Source: an uncultured virus (IMG/VR IMGVR_UViG_3300049830_000172) (taxonomy: Duplodnaviria > Heunggongvirae > Uroviricota > Caudoviricetes). From it: a DNA stretch of 64,000 bases. The stretch is taken from the IMG/VR virus record IMGVR_UViG_3300049830_000172; one strand, written 5' to 3'. The translations under genes were made by a program, and so were the position numbers. Below the pieces are notes generated by a model. The model made no database searches, was not told the DNA's origin, and worked only from the letters and a program-made list of their open reading frames with translations. Shown one piece after another: positions 39,954 through 49,870 of this stretch. Position 1 is the first letter of the stretch. Each line of letters starts with the position of its first letter.

Positions 39954-41249
39954 ATGAAAGTTTGCGTAATCGGATGTGGCTATATCGGGTTGATAACTGC
40001 AACTTGTCTAGCTGAGCTTGGGCATGAAGTAGTTTGCTGTGACGTAGACGAGCATAGAATAGGATTGTTGCGCAAAGGTATTGTGCCAATACATGAACCA
40101 GGCCTTGCAGAACTTGTCAAAAAACACACTACACAAGATAAAGAATTGCTATTTTTCTCACATCATACTAGTGAAGCAATCACATATGCTGAGATAATTT
40201 TTATCTGCGTTAATACACCGCCCACTTTAGATGGCTCTCTTAATATGGATAATATTTGGAATGTTGCAAAACAAATCGGCAACAATATGAACGACTATAA
40301 GGTGATTGTTCAGAAATCCACCGTCCCAATGGGAACTGCGCGAAAGATAACTCAAATCATACGAGACAATAGAATCGCACCAGTAGATTTCGATGTTGTA
40401 GCTAATCCAGAATTTTTAAGAGAAGGTAATGCGGTGTTGGATTTCTTAAATGGCGATAGAGTTGTAATCGGCTGCGAATCATGGCGTGGAAGCGAAAAGC
40501 TTATCGAGCTATATGCTACTTTACCATCACGGGCTATTCTTACGACATTAGAATCCGCTGAAATGATTAAATATGCCTCAAACGCCTTCTTAGCAATGAA
40601 AATATCCTATATTAACTCCATTGCCCGTATTTGTGAGAAAACTGGCGCAGATGTTAAAGAAGTGGCTATAGGAATGGGTTCTGACCACAGGATAGGTGAA
40701 GAATTCCTTAATGCTGGACTTGGATATGGTGGAAGCTGCTTTCGAAAGGATAACAGGGCGCTTATTCACCTGTCTAATCAATTCGGTGTCGATTTTGATA
40801 TACTCAAAGCCGTCGAAGCAGTGAACGAACAGCAAACGATTTTGTTTGTTGAAAAAATTAAAACTACACTTGGTAACTTAGCTAAAAAGAAAATTGGAAT
40901 TTTAGGATTGTCATTCAAACCCAACACAGATGATATTCGCGACTCACGCTCTATTAAAATTATTCACCTTCTTAAACAAGAGGGTGCTATTATTCAAGCA
41001 TATGACCCGAAGGCTATGAGAAATATGGCTGGAACACACTATGACATCTTGTATTGCGGAAGTCCAATCGAGGCAGCTAAAGATGCCGACGCAATTGTGC
41101 TAGTAACTGAATGGAGTCAATTTTTAGAGATTGACTTTCATGCAATGAAAGCTGTAATGAAGACGCCAATTATGTTTGACGGTCGAAACCTTTATGACCC
41201 AATGGAAATGAAATCACAAGGCTTCGACTATCACGGTATTGGACGCTAA
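39954..41249 (+). CDS. ugd: UDP-glucose 6-dehydrogenase
   Basis: GCGYIG, KSTVP, NPEFLREG, KYASNAFLA, GYGGSCF.KD, FKPNTDD.R. Confidence 0.93.
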   Translation: MKVCVIGCGYIGLITATCLAELGHEVVCCDVDEHRIGLLRKGIVPIHEPGLAELVKKHTTQDKELLFFSHHTSEAITYAEIIFICVNTPPTLDGSLNMDNIWNVAKQIGNNMNDYKVIVQKSTVPMGTARKITQIIRDNRIAPVDFDVVANPEFLREGNAVLDFLNGDRVVIGCESWRGSEKLIELYATLPSRAILTTLESAEMIKYASNAFLAMKISYINSIARICEKTGADVKEVAIGMGSDHRIGEEFLNAGLGYGGSCFRKDNRALIHLSNQFGVDFDILKAVEAVNEQQTILFVEKIKTTLGNLAKKKIGILGLSFKPNTDDIRDSRSIKIIHLLKQEGAIIQAYDPKAMRNMAGTHYDILYCGSPIEAAKDADAIVLVTEWSQFLEIDFHAMKAVMKTPIMFDGRNLYDPMEMKSQGFDYHGIGR

Positions 41250-41638
41250 GGAGTTGAGGGTTGGTTTGAACCAAGTGGCTGTACCTGTGGCTGATTTGAG
41301 TATTGACCGACCGTAGTGCCGCCAAGCTGGTTAATCAATTGCTGACGTTCGGTATACAAGCTATTTAACTGATTTTGCATATCATAATAGTGGTTTTGTT
41401 CGTTTGAACCCCAGCTAGAAATCGAACCGGGCATTCGATTGTAAAAATCCGTCATTTGCTGACGCATGGATAATATGGAATCAAATTGAGCATCCAGCAA
41501 TTGCTTTCTTGGGTCTTGATTGGCAACGACCTGTGTCACATTGGGATTTGAAGATGTCGTTGTCTCCCCAGTGCAACCAATCGAAATCAACGCAAGAATA
41601 CTAACTATAAAATTGTTAAAGAGTCTATTTGTTTTCAT
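41246..41638 (-). CDS. Lipoprotein, paralogue 1
   Basis: Signal peptide with lipobox-like SIGC; coiled-coil body. Confidence 0.65.
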   Translation of the reverse strand: MKTNRLFNNFIVSILALISIGCTGETTTSSNPNVTQVVANQDPRKQLLDAQFDSILSMRQQMTDFYNRMPGSISSWGSNEQNHYYDMQNQLNSLYTERQQLINQLGGTTVGQYSNQPQVQPLGSNQPSTP

Positions 41639-41985
41639 CTTTGTGCTCCAGGAAGTCCACTCAACGTATCACCAGATAAGCGTCTCACCAACTGCTCCCT
41701 TTCTTGATAACGAGATGTTAATTCATCTTGCCACTTTTTGTAAAGAGCAATTGTGTTGGCGTTCCAACGCCCCATGTCAGCACCGCATCCATCACGAATC
41801 TTTGTGATTTCATTTTCTATAGATGTGATATTTTGATATTGAGCGGCAAGTAATTCTTTTCGAATTTCCGTCTGATTGATATTTGCTGTTTGAATTGGGT
41901 CAGCCGTAGCTGGCCCGCAGCCAGCTATCTGACAGAAGAAAATGATTGCAGTTATTACAAACATTAGAGATAAGAATGTTTTCAT
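41635..41985 (-). CDS. Lipoprotein, paralogue 2
   Basis: Lipobox IAGC; shares RK.LL.AQ..W..Y..Q..L.S.Y.ER.QL with its neighbour. Confidence 0.65.
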   Translation of the reverse strand: MKTFLSLMFVITAIIFFCQIAGCGPATADPIQTANINQTEIRKELLAAQYQNITSIENEITKIRDGCGADMGRWNANTIALYKKWQDELTSRYQEREQLVRRLSGDTLSGLPGAQR

Positions 41986-42650
41986 GATTTTTCGTTTATT
42001 TTTTCTAGTCTTGCTAAGAAACGGTCAAGCCCAATGGCAAAGCCGACGCCCTCAGCGTATGTTCCGCCGCCAACGACTTGTCGTTGAGCGCCCATGTCTG
42101 GAATCTCAATCTCAAATCCATCGCCAACATAATATGACAATCCGCGTTGTGCGCTTTTGTTTACCACCAAAATGTCCATTGGAACAAAAGCAGTAAGCAT
42201 TTCAGTTGCCATATCAATAAGCTCGTCTATGCAATTTCCACGAGGATTCAATACCTCGACGCCAAATTGCGAAAACTCGCGATATCTTCCAGATTGTGGC
42301 TGTTCGTAACGCCAACATCTTGTTTCGTAAAACAACTTGATGTCTTTGTCGTACTTGTATTTTTGAGCAATTAACTGACATGTAGCCGTTCCTTCTGGGC
42401 GTAAACAAATCTTACGACCCTTTTTATCTTCGAAACGATACATTTGACGCTCAACAAGCTCTTCGCCAACTTTGTCAGTGTAAATCTCTTCTTTTTCAAT
42501 GGACGGCAGGGTGATTTCCTGATATCCACGAGCAAGAGCAATGTCCGCCCATGTATTAATGAGTTTACGGCGAGTAGCAGCAAGGTCGCCACATAAGATG
42601 CGTGTTCCCTTAACTTGCTTATCCTCTAACTTAATTTCACCGTTAATCAT
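41982..42650 (-). CDS. Minimal histidyl-tRNA synthetase-like catalytic domain
   Basis: KGTR, LRPEGTA, WRYEQPQSGRYREFSQFGVE, RGLSYY, GGG.Y, GFAIGLDR; no anticodon-binding domain; ~222 aa. Confidence 0.8.
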   Translation of the reverse strand: MINGEIKLEDKQVKGTRILCGDLAATRRKLINTWADIALARGYQEITLPSIEKEEIYTDKVGEELVERQMYRFEDKKGRKICLRPEGTATCQLIAQKYKYDKDIKLFYETRCWRYEQPQSGRYREFSQFGVEVLNPRGNCIDELIDMATEMLTAFVPMDILVVNKSAQRGLSYYVGDGFEIEIPDMGAQRQVVGGGTYAEGVGFAIGLDRFLARLEKINEKS

Positions 42651-43197
42651 CAATTTCTTCCACAGGTTTGATAGTACCGAACGTTCCAGTCTCAGAGCCA
42701 ACTCGTGTTGCCACTCCATTATCGAAAGTATGCTCGATATGTCCAAGCGCGGGAATATTAATCGTGTATTGAGCTGTCGTTGTGTCAACAGACAATATAA
42801 AGCCGTCATATTCCACACCTCTTACTTTTACAAGTACGGCATCGCCTATGTTCTTTTGAGGAATTATCTGATTGTCAACCACCCAAAGCTTGACAGCTTC
42901 ACGATGAGCCCTGTCGATAAAAATAGTATATGAATCCAAAATGTCAACCAATTCTGAATCTGGCTCCCACATTGAATATTCAAGGCTTCGAGCAAGTTGA
43001 TATCCGTCTTTCGTATAACTATTGTGACCAATGCATTTTTTAAGTTCTGCTCGAACACCTTCGCGCTCTTCATTTGGATAATTAGCTTGTCCCGAGGATG
43101 CTGTTACCCAGTCCCATACTGATGGCATTAACAAGTCAATAGCTTGTTCGAAAATTGCGTCGTCGCTTTCTCTAGGACGCGATGGTTTTACGTTCAT
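42643..43197 (-). CDS. Hypothetical protein
   Basis: ORF in the operon; DGYQLA..LE...W.PD. Confidence 0.65.
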   Translation of the reverse strand: MNVKPSRPRESDDAIFEQAIDLLMPSVWDWVTASSGQANYPNEEREGVRAELKKCIGHNSYTKDGYQLARSLEYSMWEPDSELVDILDSYTIFIDRAHREAVKLWVVDNQIIPQKNIGDAVLVKVRGVEYDGFILSVDTTTAQYTINIPALGHIEHTFDNGVATRVGSETGTFGTIKPVEEIDD

Positions 43198-43999
43198 TAA
43201 ATATCTCCTTTGCATGTAGTAATGAGTCTAGCTCAAAAGATGCGTCCAAATATTCAGTTGCTGCATTTACAATCAAGCTGTCATCAGTGTCTCGCAAACC
43301 ACCCTCTGCATCCCAAAACAGAAATGGATATTTTGCCATAACTGGTATTAGATTGTTGATAGTTTCGCATTTTAAACCCCCAGCAACGCCAAGCTGATAA
43401 TCCTCTTGGTCAAAATGAGGGGCTAGCATTTTGATAGTCGTTTGAGCATCAAAAGCCTTGCCGCGACCACCGGATGGGTCAATTAACAAATAATCAATAA
43501 CTCCAGCAACTTGATATTCTTTCACTACTGTATGAAGCAACTTCGGAACGCTGCTTTCAATTTCATTTTCGAATCTGCGCATTGCTCCACCACTACATTG
43601 GATAACAAACTTGTGATTCGGGAGTTCTTTCTTCACTTCTTTAAGCATGTCAATATCCGGCCAAACAATATTTAGCTGAAATCCATGACAATTTTCTCCA
43701 CCGATTTCAGCCGCGTCTAGCAACTGCTTTACTAGCTTTGTTTTGTCGTCTGTGACATAGTGAATCATATTCAAACATCGAGAATCATTTGTGAAAATAT
43801 CCTTAATGCTGTTGTAATGTGGATATCGAACTGGATATTTATTTGTCCCACCATTAATAGTTTTCGATGACAATAAAACACCCACCATAAATAGGCGCTC
43901 GATTTCAGCGGGAATCGCAGATAGACATGTTAATACGTCAGCATTGCGAGTAAAGCCAGTTATTCCGATGTAAGGTTTATTTTTGTTCACAAATGTCAC
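43172..43999 (-). CDS. TIM-barrel protein, TrpF/PRAI-like
   Basis: GFQLN, LLIDPSGGRG, GVAGGL, WDAEGGLR. Confidence 0.55.
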   Translation of the reverse strand: MTFVNKNKPYIGITGFTRNADVLTCLSAIPAEIERLFMVGVLLSSKTINGGTNKYPVRYPHYNSIKDIFTNDSRCLNMIHYVTDDKTKLVKQLLDAAEIGGENCHGFQLNIVWPDIDMLKEVKKELPNHKFVIQCSGGAMRRFENEIESSVPKLLHTVVKEYQVAGVIDYLLIDPSGGRGKAFDAQTTIKMLAPHFDQEDYQLGVAGGLKCETINNLIPVMAKYPFLFWDAEGGLRDTDDSLIVNAATEYLDASFELDSLLHAKEIFNERKTIAS

Positions 44000-44003
44000 C
44001 AGT

Positions 44004-44660
44004 TTAATATTCTACCCTAAAAACATCCCCTGAATCTACAAGGGAATTGTCTGGTATTCGAACATTATTGCAATACAACAATTCTTGAAGAGTTTTCATA
44101 GCAACGGCACAACGCAATTCATCACCGCGTGCTTCATGGTCTACGATTTCTCGAACCAAATCTACAATCTGGTCGCCAATGTCACTACTTGGATTATCCG
44201 CATCACGCATCCCCATTTTTGTCATTTTTAGATTGTCGAAAGATATGTCTTCAAGCGTGACGACGTGTGTTGTGGAAACACGAGGCTGGCGACATAAGGT
44301 TATTTCTCCTACGCCTTTCTTACCTTCTGTGATGCCAATAGACCAACCACTACCCATGTGCTTTTCACGATAGTCGTATAAAGCCTGCAAACCATATCGC
44401 GTGAAAGCGAAGTCAGCGTACAAGCCAGTGCCCTTTGCACGCAAACCATAAACATAACCAAAGAATGGCCAGGTGAAAATTTGGTGTTCTAACATCATCG
44501 GAATATAATCCTTGAAACTTGCCGCCCACATAATCAACTGATGACTGTGAATCTGCCCGAATTTATCTGGATACACTCCAGCCTCACATACGTGAATGTC
44601 TTCCCATGTTGTAACAATGGGCGCTAAAAGATTTGCTGGCGGTAATGGAATTAGATTCAT
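44004..44660 (-). CDS. Hypothetical protein
   Basis: 218-aa ORF. Confidence 0.65.
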   Translation of the reverse strand: MNLIPLPPANLLAPIVTTWEDIHVCEAGVYPDKFGQIHSHQLIMWAASFKDYIPMMLEHQIFTWPFFGYVYGLRAKGTGLYADFAFTRYGLQALYDYREKHMGSGWSIGITEGKKGVGEITLCRQPRVSTTHVVTLEDISFDNLKMTKMGMRDADNPSSDIGDQIVDLVREIVDHEARGDELRCAVAMKTLQELLYCNNVRIPDNSLVDSGDVFRVEY

Positions 44661-44989
44661 GATATTTTCAAGTGATTTAATGGCGCATCTTTATCGTGAG
44701 ATAGCAAATGAAGATATGAAAGATTTTCATTTTTAGCTATTTTAATAGCATCGGCTTTTCGCATTTCTATCAAAGTGAGCTTAAATTTATCTGAACCTTG
44801 CCAACTTTCTCCGTCTGCCTTGGAAAGAAAACAGCCAATACCTAAACCATATCGTTCATATGTGAGCTTTGCCCATTTTCCATCAAAACATTTTGCAACA
44901 TAGATGGTTTCCGGGAATGATTTAATATGCTCGACAACATTTAGATGCCGAGCATAGATTCGTGAAGTAATTTCTTTTTCTCTGTCCAT
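44657..44989 (-). CDS. Hypothetical protein
   Basis: Start MDREKE after SD AAGGA. Confidence 0.6.
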   Translation of the reverse strand: MDREKEITSRIYARHLNVVEHIKSFPETIYVAKCFDGKWAKLTYERYGLGIGCFLSKADGESWQGSDKFKLTLIEMRKADAIKIAKNENLSYLHLLSHDKDAPLNHLKIS

Positions 44990-44997
44990 AGTATTCC

Positions 44998-46236
44998 TTA
45001 GATTAATTTTGCAAATCGTCTTTTTCCAACTTTCAAGTATTTTCCGCGCCAAGCACCAATATTAGCAAAACTATCAACATTGTCAATTTTATTGCCATCA
45101 AATTCAACTGCTCCGCTTTCGATTAAACGCTTGGCTTCACTGTTTGAAAGAGCAAACCCTAGCTCAACCAACAAGAGATAAACTTTCAGTGTTTCACTGT
45201 CTGCGAGAGAAAGTATCATTTCTGGCGCTGTTTCTTGCCAATTGCGATTAGTAAATGTTTTGTTAAACTGCTCCATGGCAAATAATGCACTGTATTCATT
45301 ATGACACATTTCGACAATGTTGAAAGCGAGTTTTAGTTTCAAATCTTTTGGATTTACACCCGATTCCATGTCTTTTTTTGCATTCAGAAAGCCATCAAAC
45401 ATCAAAAGCTCCCACCAGTTGAGAATCAATTCATCTGGAATCGACATTACCTTACCAAACATATCTGTTGGTTCGTCGCGGATTGAGATGAAGTTCCCAA
45501 GTGATTGAGACATTTTGCGAGTGCCAAACCAACCAGTCAACAAGGGTGTTAAAATCACTGCTTGCGGATTCACACCAGCTTTCATCATGACATCTCTGCC
45601 AAATAAACAATTCAACCGCTGGTCGGCACCGCCAAGCTCAACGTCGCATTGTAAGTAAAGCGAATCATTACCTTGAATGACCGGGTATAGGATTTCATGC
45701 AAACCAATCGAATTGTTTGATTTTAATCTGGAATCAAAATCTTTTCGCTCCAAAATCTGCGCAACAGTCACTGATGAACACATTTCTAAGAACTCTTGAG
45801 TGCTTGTTTTTTCCCATAGAGCGGAATTCCAAAATACATGTAGCTTATCGGAACTCATGTCCAAAACGTTTTCAAATTGACCAATTAAAGCAAGAGAATT
45901 CAAACGAATATCTTCTTTGTCAAGTTGCTTGCGAGACACAGATTTGCCACTTGGGTCGCCAATTTGAGCAGTGAAATCACCCATAACAATAGTGACTTTG
46001 TGTCCCAAGTCCTGAAGCTTGCGCAAACGAATCAATGACACCATCCAGCCAAGATGCAATTCGGTCGCAGTTGGGTCAACACCGAACTTGATTATCAAAG
46101 CGTCTTTTGATAAGAAACGCTGCACTAAATCGGATGACGCATTCGTTTCGCTGGTAATGACCTCACAACCATCAAAGACTTTTAAAAAATCATCTACCTT
46201 TGCAGCCACGCTCATTGCTCTACTAATGGAACTCAT
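44998..46236 (-). CDS. tyrS: Tyrosyl-tRNA synthetase
   Basis: G.DPTA..LHLGW, GDFTA.IGDPSG, YP..QG.D, ELGG.DQ, KMSQSLGN, C-terminal S4 domain. Confidence 0.92.
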   Translation of the reverse strand: MSSISRAMSVAAKVDDFLKVFDGCEVITSETNASSDLVQRFLSKDALIIKFGVDPTATELHLGWMVSLIRLRKLQDLGHKVTIVMGDFTAQIGDPSGKSVSRKQLDKEDIRLNSLALIGQFENVLDMSSDKLHVFWNSALWEKTSTQEFLEMCSSVTVAQILERKDFDSRLKSNNSIGLHEILYPVIQGNDSLYLQCDVELGGADQRLNCLFGRDVMMKAGVNPQAVILTPLLTGWFGTRKMSQSLGNFISIRDEPTDMFGKVMSIPDELILNWWELLMFDGFLNAKKDMESGVNPKDLKLKLAFNIVEMCHNEYSALFAMEQFNKTFTNRNWQETAPEMILSLADSETLKVYLLLVELGFALSNSEAKRLIESGAVEFDGNKIDNVDSFANIGAWRGKYLKVGKRRFAKLI

Positions 46237-46280
46237 AGAACCATTATATCCTCATAAAGACGTTTTGAGGAAAAATGAAC

Positions 46281-46844
46281 CTAAATAATGGACTTCCAGA
46301 CAACATTTCGAAATTCTGATGGCTTTTCTATGTATTCATAATCAGCATAATCACGAATATTTTTAGCATTGTGTTTCATTTCATCACAAACTTGACTAAT
46401 CTTCAATACTTTGCCTTGAGTTAATTTTCCCTGATTGTAAACATTCAACATTCGAGAGTTCTTAGCAGCCTGCAAAACGTACTCTCGATAATCAAGTAAG
46501 GGAAAAACATAAAGCATTCCACTCTGAGGAATGAATGTCATCCAATAATCAGCTTCCGAAAACATAAAACAACCCGGTGTATTCTTTTCAACATTACAAG
46601 TATATTCGTAAAAGAAATTGCCAGTCTTATTAGCGGTTGGCTCAGTCTTAAGTTCATAAGCCAATTTATCATTCTCGTGAGTTGTGATAATGAAATCAAT
46701 GTCTTTTACGCGATATTCAGCAACACCAGATACATTCTCTACATTCGATATCGCTGGAATGGTTTTCATGTACTCTTCAATAAGACGCTCACCATCACCG
46801 CCAACTTGTAAACTTTTATTAAATGCGTGAATTAATTTAGTCAT
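46281..46844 (-). CDS. PD-(D/E)XK nuclease-like protein
   Basis: DIDF, YELKTE, TGNFFYE, SEADYW. Confidence 0.65.
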   Translation of the reverse strand: MTKLIHAFNKSLQVGGDGERLIEEYMKTIPAISNVENVSGVAEYRVKDIDFIITTHENDKLAYELKTEPTANKTGNFFYEYTCNVEKNTPGCFMFSEADYWMTFIPQSGMLYVFPLLDYREYVLQAAKNSRMLNVYNQGKLTQGKVLKISQVCDEMKHNAKNIRDYADYEYIEKPSEFRNVVWKSII

Positions 46845-47433
46845 ATAAATATCCTGATTCGACAAAGCGACGACGAACTTCAGCGCGGTATAGAAATTCT
46901 TGAATTATCTCTTGAAGATTTGGCTCTGACAAAGAATCGCTAAATATTTTGTCTACTTTTGACATGCTTGTAAAACTTTCAGAACGGGAATATGAAGCAC
47001 CGGGATATATCCCATCTATATTCCACGCATGTGTTGAATTTGATTCTGTCGGAGCGCTTTTTCCATTGTGATGGCTTTTCCACAAACACTTCTCACATAA
47101 GGAAAACATATCGAGAGTAACACCATGAAGACTCCAACCAAAAATAAAATACGTTGCACTATGATTGTTTTGACCGTTGTCGTATTTATATGGTGACACC
47201 TCAATATTCAGCTCATCAGCAAAAGCGCAAGTGAGAGCAACGAACTTTTCCCAACATTCCTGAGAAAGTTTCAATTTTTCTTTTCGCTCTTGCTCCCATA
47301 ACACAAACAATTTAGCTTGATTGGCAAACCAGTGTGGCTCGTTTTTTTCCAGAGCAAAAGTAGTGCTTACAATCGCATCGCCGTAAATACTCCGCGACGT
47401 TTCATTTTCCTTTTGACGCTTGAATATCTTCAT
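46837..47433 (-). CDS. Hypothetical protein
   Basis: 198-aa ORF. Confidence 0.6.
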   Translation of the reverse strand: MKIFKRQKENETSRSIYGDAIVSTTFALEKNEPHWFANQAKLFVLWEQERKEKLKLSQECWEKFVALTCAFADELNIEVSPYKYDNGQNNHSATYFIFGWSLHGVTLDMFSLCEKCLWKSHHNGKSAPTESNSTHAWNIDGIYPGASYSRSESFTSMSKVDKIFSDSLSEPNLQEIIQEFLYRAEVRRRFVESGYLYD

Positions 47434-48071
47434 ATAGAGCTTTCTTCAAACTCCACTTTGTATCCAGTCTTGTTGAAATCATCGCGCACAGTTGAATTTA
47501 TGGCAGCAGTGTCGCGACACTTAATTTTCAATACACCATCGTTAAAACTAATAGACTTGATTCCATTCTTGCCTAAATACTTCTTACCTAAATCAGAAGT
47601 AGCTTTGGCAGCCTCTTTATTGTTAATATGCTCACTTCTTTCAACCAAGTGTAAAGCACTTGTGGCAAAATCACCAGTCTTGTAGTATCGCGCAACTCGG
47701 TAATATTCGTCAGATGGGACGAAACCAGCTTCCGTCAAGGCACGCTGATGATGGATGAAATGAAGCATGGACAGAACTCCGTGTAAATCATTTGGCTGTC
47801 TGCCAAGTAATACAATCAAAGATGCAATGTCGTCTTCTGGGTTTAGCGATGGAGAAAAGACTTGACTGTGGTATGGAGTGGGATGATAAACTAAAAACCC
47901 CTGACTGTTGAAAGTCTCAAAAAATGGATAAACTCCAACTTGTAACTTATGCGCCTCGAAATCATAACGCAACGAATCATCGAGCTTTTTCCAACCCATT
48001 ACCTCAATGGCAATGCGCGTATCAAAGGCTATCTGCTCTGATGTTATTGTCAAGTTAGCTGATTTTAACAT
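47430..48071 (-). CDS. Hypothetical protein (possible phage ABA-sandwich domain)
   Basis: D..IA..VMGW...FSPS. Confidence 0.5.
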   Translation of the reverse strand: MLKSANLTITSEQIAFDTRIAIEVMGWKKLDDSLRYDFEAHKLQVGVYPFFETFNSQGFLVYHPTPYHSQVFSPSLNPEDDIASLIVLLGRQPNDLHGVLSMLHFIHHQRALTEAGFVPSDEYYRVARYYKTGDFATSALHLVERSEHINNKEAAKATSDLGKKYLGKNGIKSISFNDGVLKIKCRDTAAINSTVRDDFNKTGYKVEFEESSI

Positions 48072-48078
48072 ATATCAC

Positions 48079-48744
48079 TTATACACTCTCGGTGTCCCTC
48101 TTTAGAATATACCACGCTCCAGCGCCATGGAGATTAAGTAATTCGTGTGTATCTTTCCAAAAATTGCCCTTAGCTGAACAAACTACATGAATCTCTTGAT
48201 AAATCCTAGATGCCCAATCCATTCCTTCGATTGGCACACTTCGCTCGCGAATGCCATCATAAAGCACAATATGGTCTGTGTGATTGTGCTTCCCATCAGA
48301 AGTTAGCGGCCCACTCCCAGCACTATTAATCGAAGTGTATATCACGCCACCGTTTTTTAACTCGTTCTTTAATTCTTCCCAGTAGTCTAAGTATTGACCA
48401 TGTGACCTGTTCCAAGCATAGTTGAAATGAGGACGGCTGAAATCTGGAGCTACGAAATGATGCTTGTATTGAAAACCAGATAATCCTAAAAGCTCAATGG
48501 CGTTATCAAAAACTCTTGGGTAAATGCCCCAAGAATTACCTAACCAAAAGTCATCCTCGTTGTCTTTCTTTAACCAAAATGACTTTTCTACTTCTTCAAA
48601 AGTTAAATTCTTTTCTGGATACAGCCACCTTAAAGCAGCCGCCAAAGCACATGAAAAGCAATCGCCACCCTTATTTTTCTCTGGATAGGGCTGAGGAAAA
48701 TTTTCTACCTGATGACTAAATTCACCAGTCACCTTTCCTTCCAT
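48079..48744 (-). CDS. Papain-like/C39 cysteine peptidase-like protein
   Basis: FPQ...GGDCFSCAL and DHIVLYDG. Confidence 0.5.
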   Translation of the reverse strand: MEGKVTGEFSHQVENFPQPYPEKNKGGDCFSCALAAALRWLYPEKNLTFEEVEKSFWLKKDNEDDFWLGNSWGIYPRVFDNAIELLGLSGFQYKHHFVAPDFSRPHFNYAWNRSHGQYLDYWEELKNELKNGGVIYTSINSAGSGPLTSDGKHNHTDHIVLYDGIRERSVPIEGMDWASRIYQEIHVVCSAKGNFWKDTHELLNLHGAGAWYILKRDTESV

Positions 48745-49544
48745 TAGTCCCTGTCGGCTCCAAATGCCTTTAGCAACTCGTCATCTATTGGAATAAACTG
48801 ACTTTCTTCTGCTAACTTATCTTCTCTGGCTTTTATAGCATCCGGGTGATTATAGGGAATAAAAGTAACTCCATGCTCCCTACATAAAGCTTCATCTTCG
48901 ATATCGCAACCAGCGGGATTCTTGCCGATTGCCCTCTCACGAGAGGCAATCCACTTCGAAGCCGCGCTTGTGCGACCCCAACGCTCTTTAGTTTTCCATA
49001 CCAGTTTTCGCACCAAACGACTCGCACGCTTTGTAATGCTGCCCTTATAATCGTAACTGTCCCAATCGCCTTTCACAGATAAATCACTCCAGCCAAAGAA
49101 ATAAGCAGTGCGCAATTTATTCACGGGCTGAAAACCGTAGTTCTGACACATCAAATGAACGACTATCTTATGAAGTTCCTGATAACTCAATCTCGGGTTA
49201 TCCATGTACTTCGCATCCTGCATATCGTGGTGATACCAATACTCGTCACCCTTTAATCGGCGCTCCATGGCACTTTCAAGCTCATATACTTGGCGAGACT
49301 TTACACCAACATACCAAGAACGCTCTAAAGCATCTTCGCCTTCTTTAGCCTCAAAATCGTGGCATGCGCCCCAATTTTTCTCCCAATGATAAATGTGTAA
49401 ATCGCGCTCCATGCGAGCAGCTTCAACCGTGCAAGCAACCACCATCGTTTCAAAACGACGTTGAGAAAACTTGCGTCTATGACTTACTTGAGCAGCTTCG
49501 CTCTCTTCGCAAGTCCCATATCCAAATTCGTAAATGTAAGCCAT
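48744..49544 (-). CDS. Hypothetical protein
   Basis: 266-aa ORF. Confidence 0.65.
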   Translation of the reverse strand: MAYIYEFGYGTCEESEAAQVSHRRKFSQRRFETMVVACTVEAARMERDLHIYHWEKNWGACHDFEAKEGEDALERSWYVGVKSRQVYELESAMERRLKGDEYWYHHDMQDAKYMDNPRLSYQELHKIVVHLMCQNYGFQPVNKLRTAYFFGWSDLSVKGDWDSYDYKGSITKRASRLVRKLVWKTKERWGRTSAASKWIASRERAIGKNPAGCDIEDEALCREHGVTFIPYNHPDAIKAREDKLAEESQFIPIDDELLKAFGADRD

Positions 49545-49849
49545 TATGGTGTTTTTCCTTTCTTAGTCTTTGCTCGCGTTTTCTTCTTATCAATGTTTGC
49601 ATAAAAATCAGCAATCGTAATGTTACAAGAATTAATATACATGCCGATTAGATTTGGGTCACGACAGTTCACGAGTGATAGCAAATTATAACGAACGTCA
49701 GAAAGAACTTTATGCATTTCATGTAATGTTTTAGAATCTTCGACAACACGAATCGCAGTAGCAACGTCTTTGTGAGAAGGGGCATCTTTCAATTTGTCAA
49801 GCAATGCTGCCTTCTCAGCAAGTGTACTCTGAAATAACGTTTTACCCAT
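49544..49849 (-). CDS. ST-module family protein 1
   Basis: QSTLAEKAALLDKLKDAP..KDV..AIRVVED; TATACT 8 nt before ATG. Confidence 0.65.
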   Translation of the reverse strand: MGKTLFQSTLAEKAALLDKLKDAPSHKDVATAIRVVEDSKTLHEMHKVLSDVRYNLLSLVNCRDPNLIGMYINSCNITIADFYANIDKKKTRAKTKKGKTP

Positions 49850-49870
49850 TGCTAAACAGTATACCACCCA

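Noticed and set aside
41982..42818. HisZ annotation and the 278-aa long start
   Set aside because: Catalytic and His-binding motifs are intact and no hisG is nearby; the long start overlaps the upstream gene by about 175 bp
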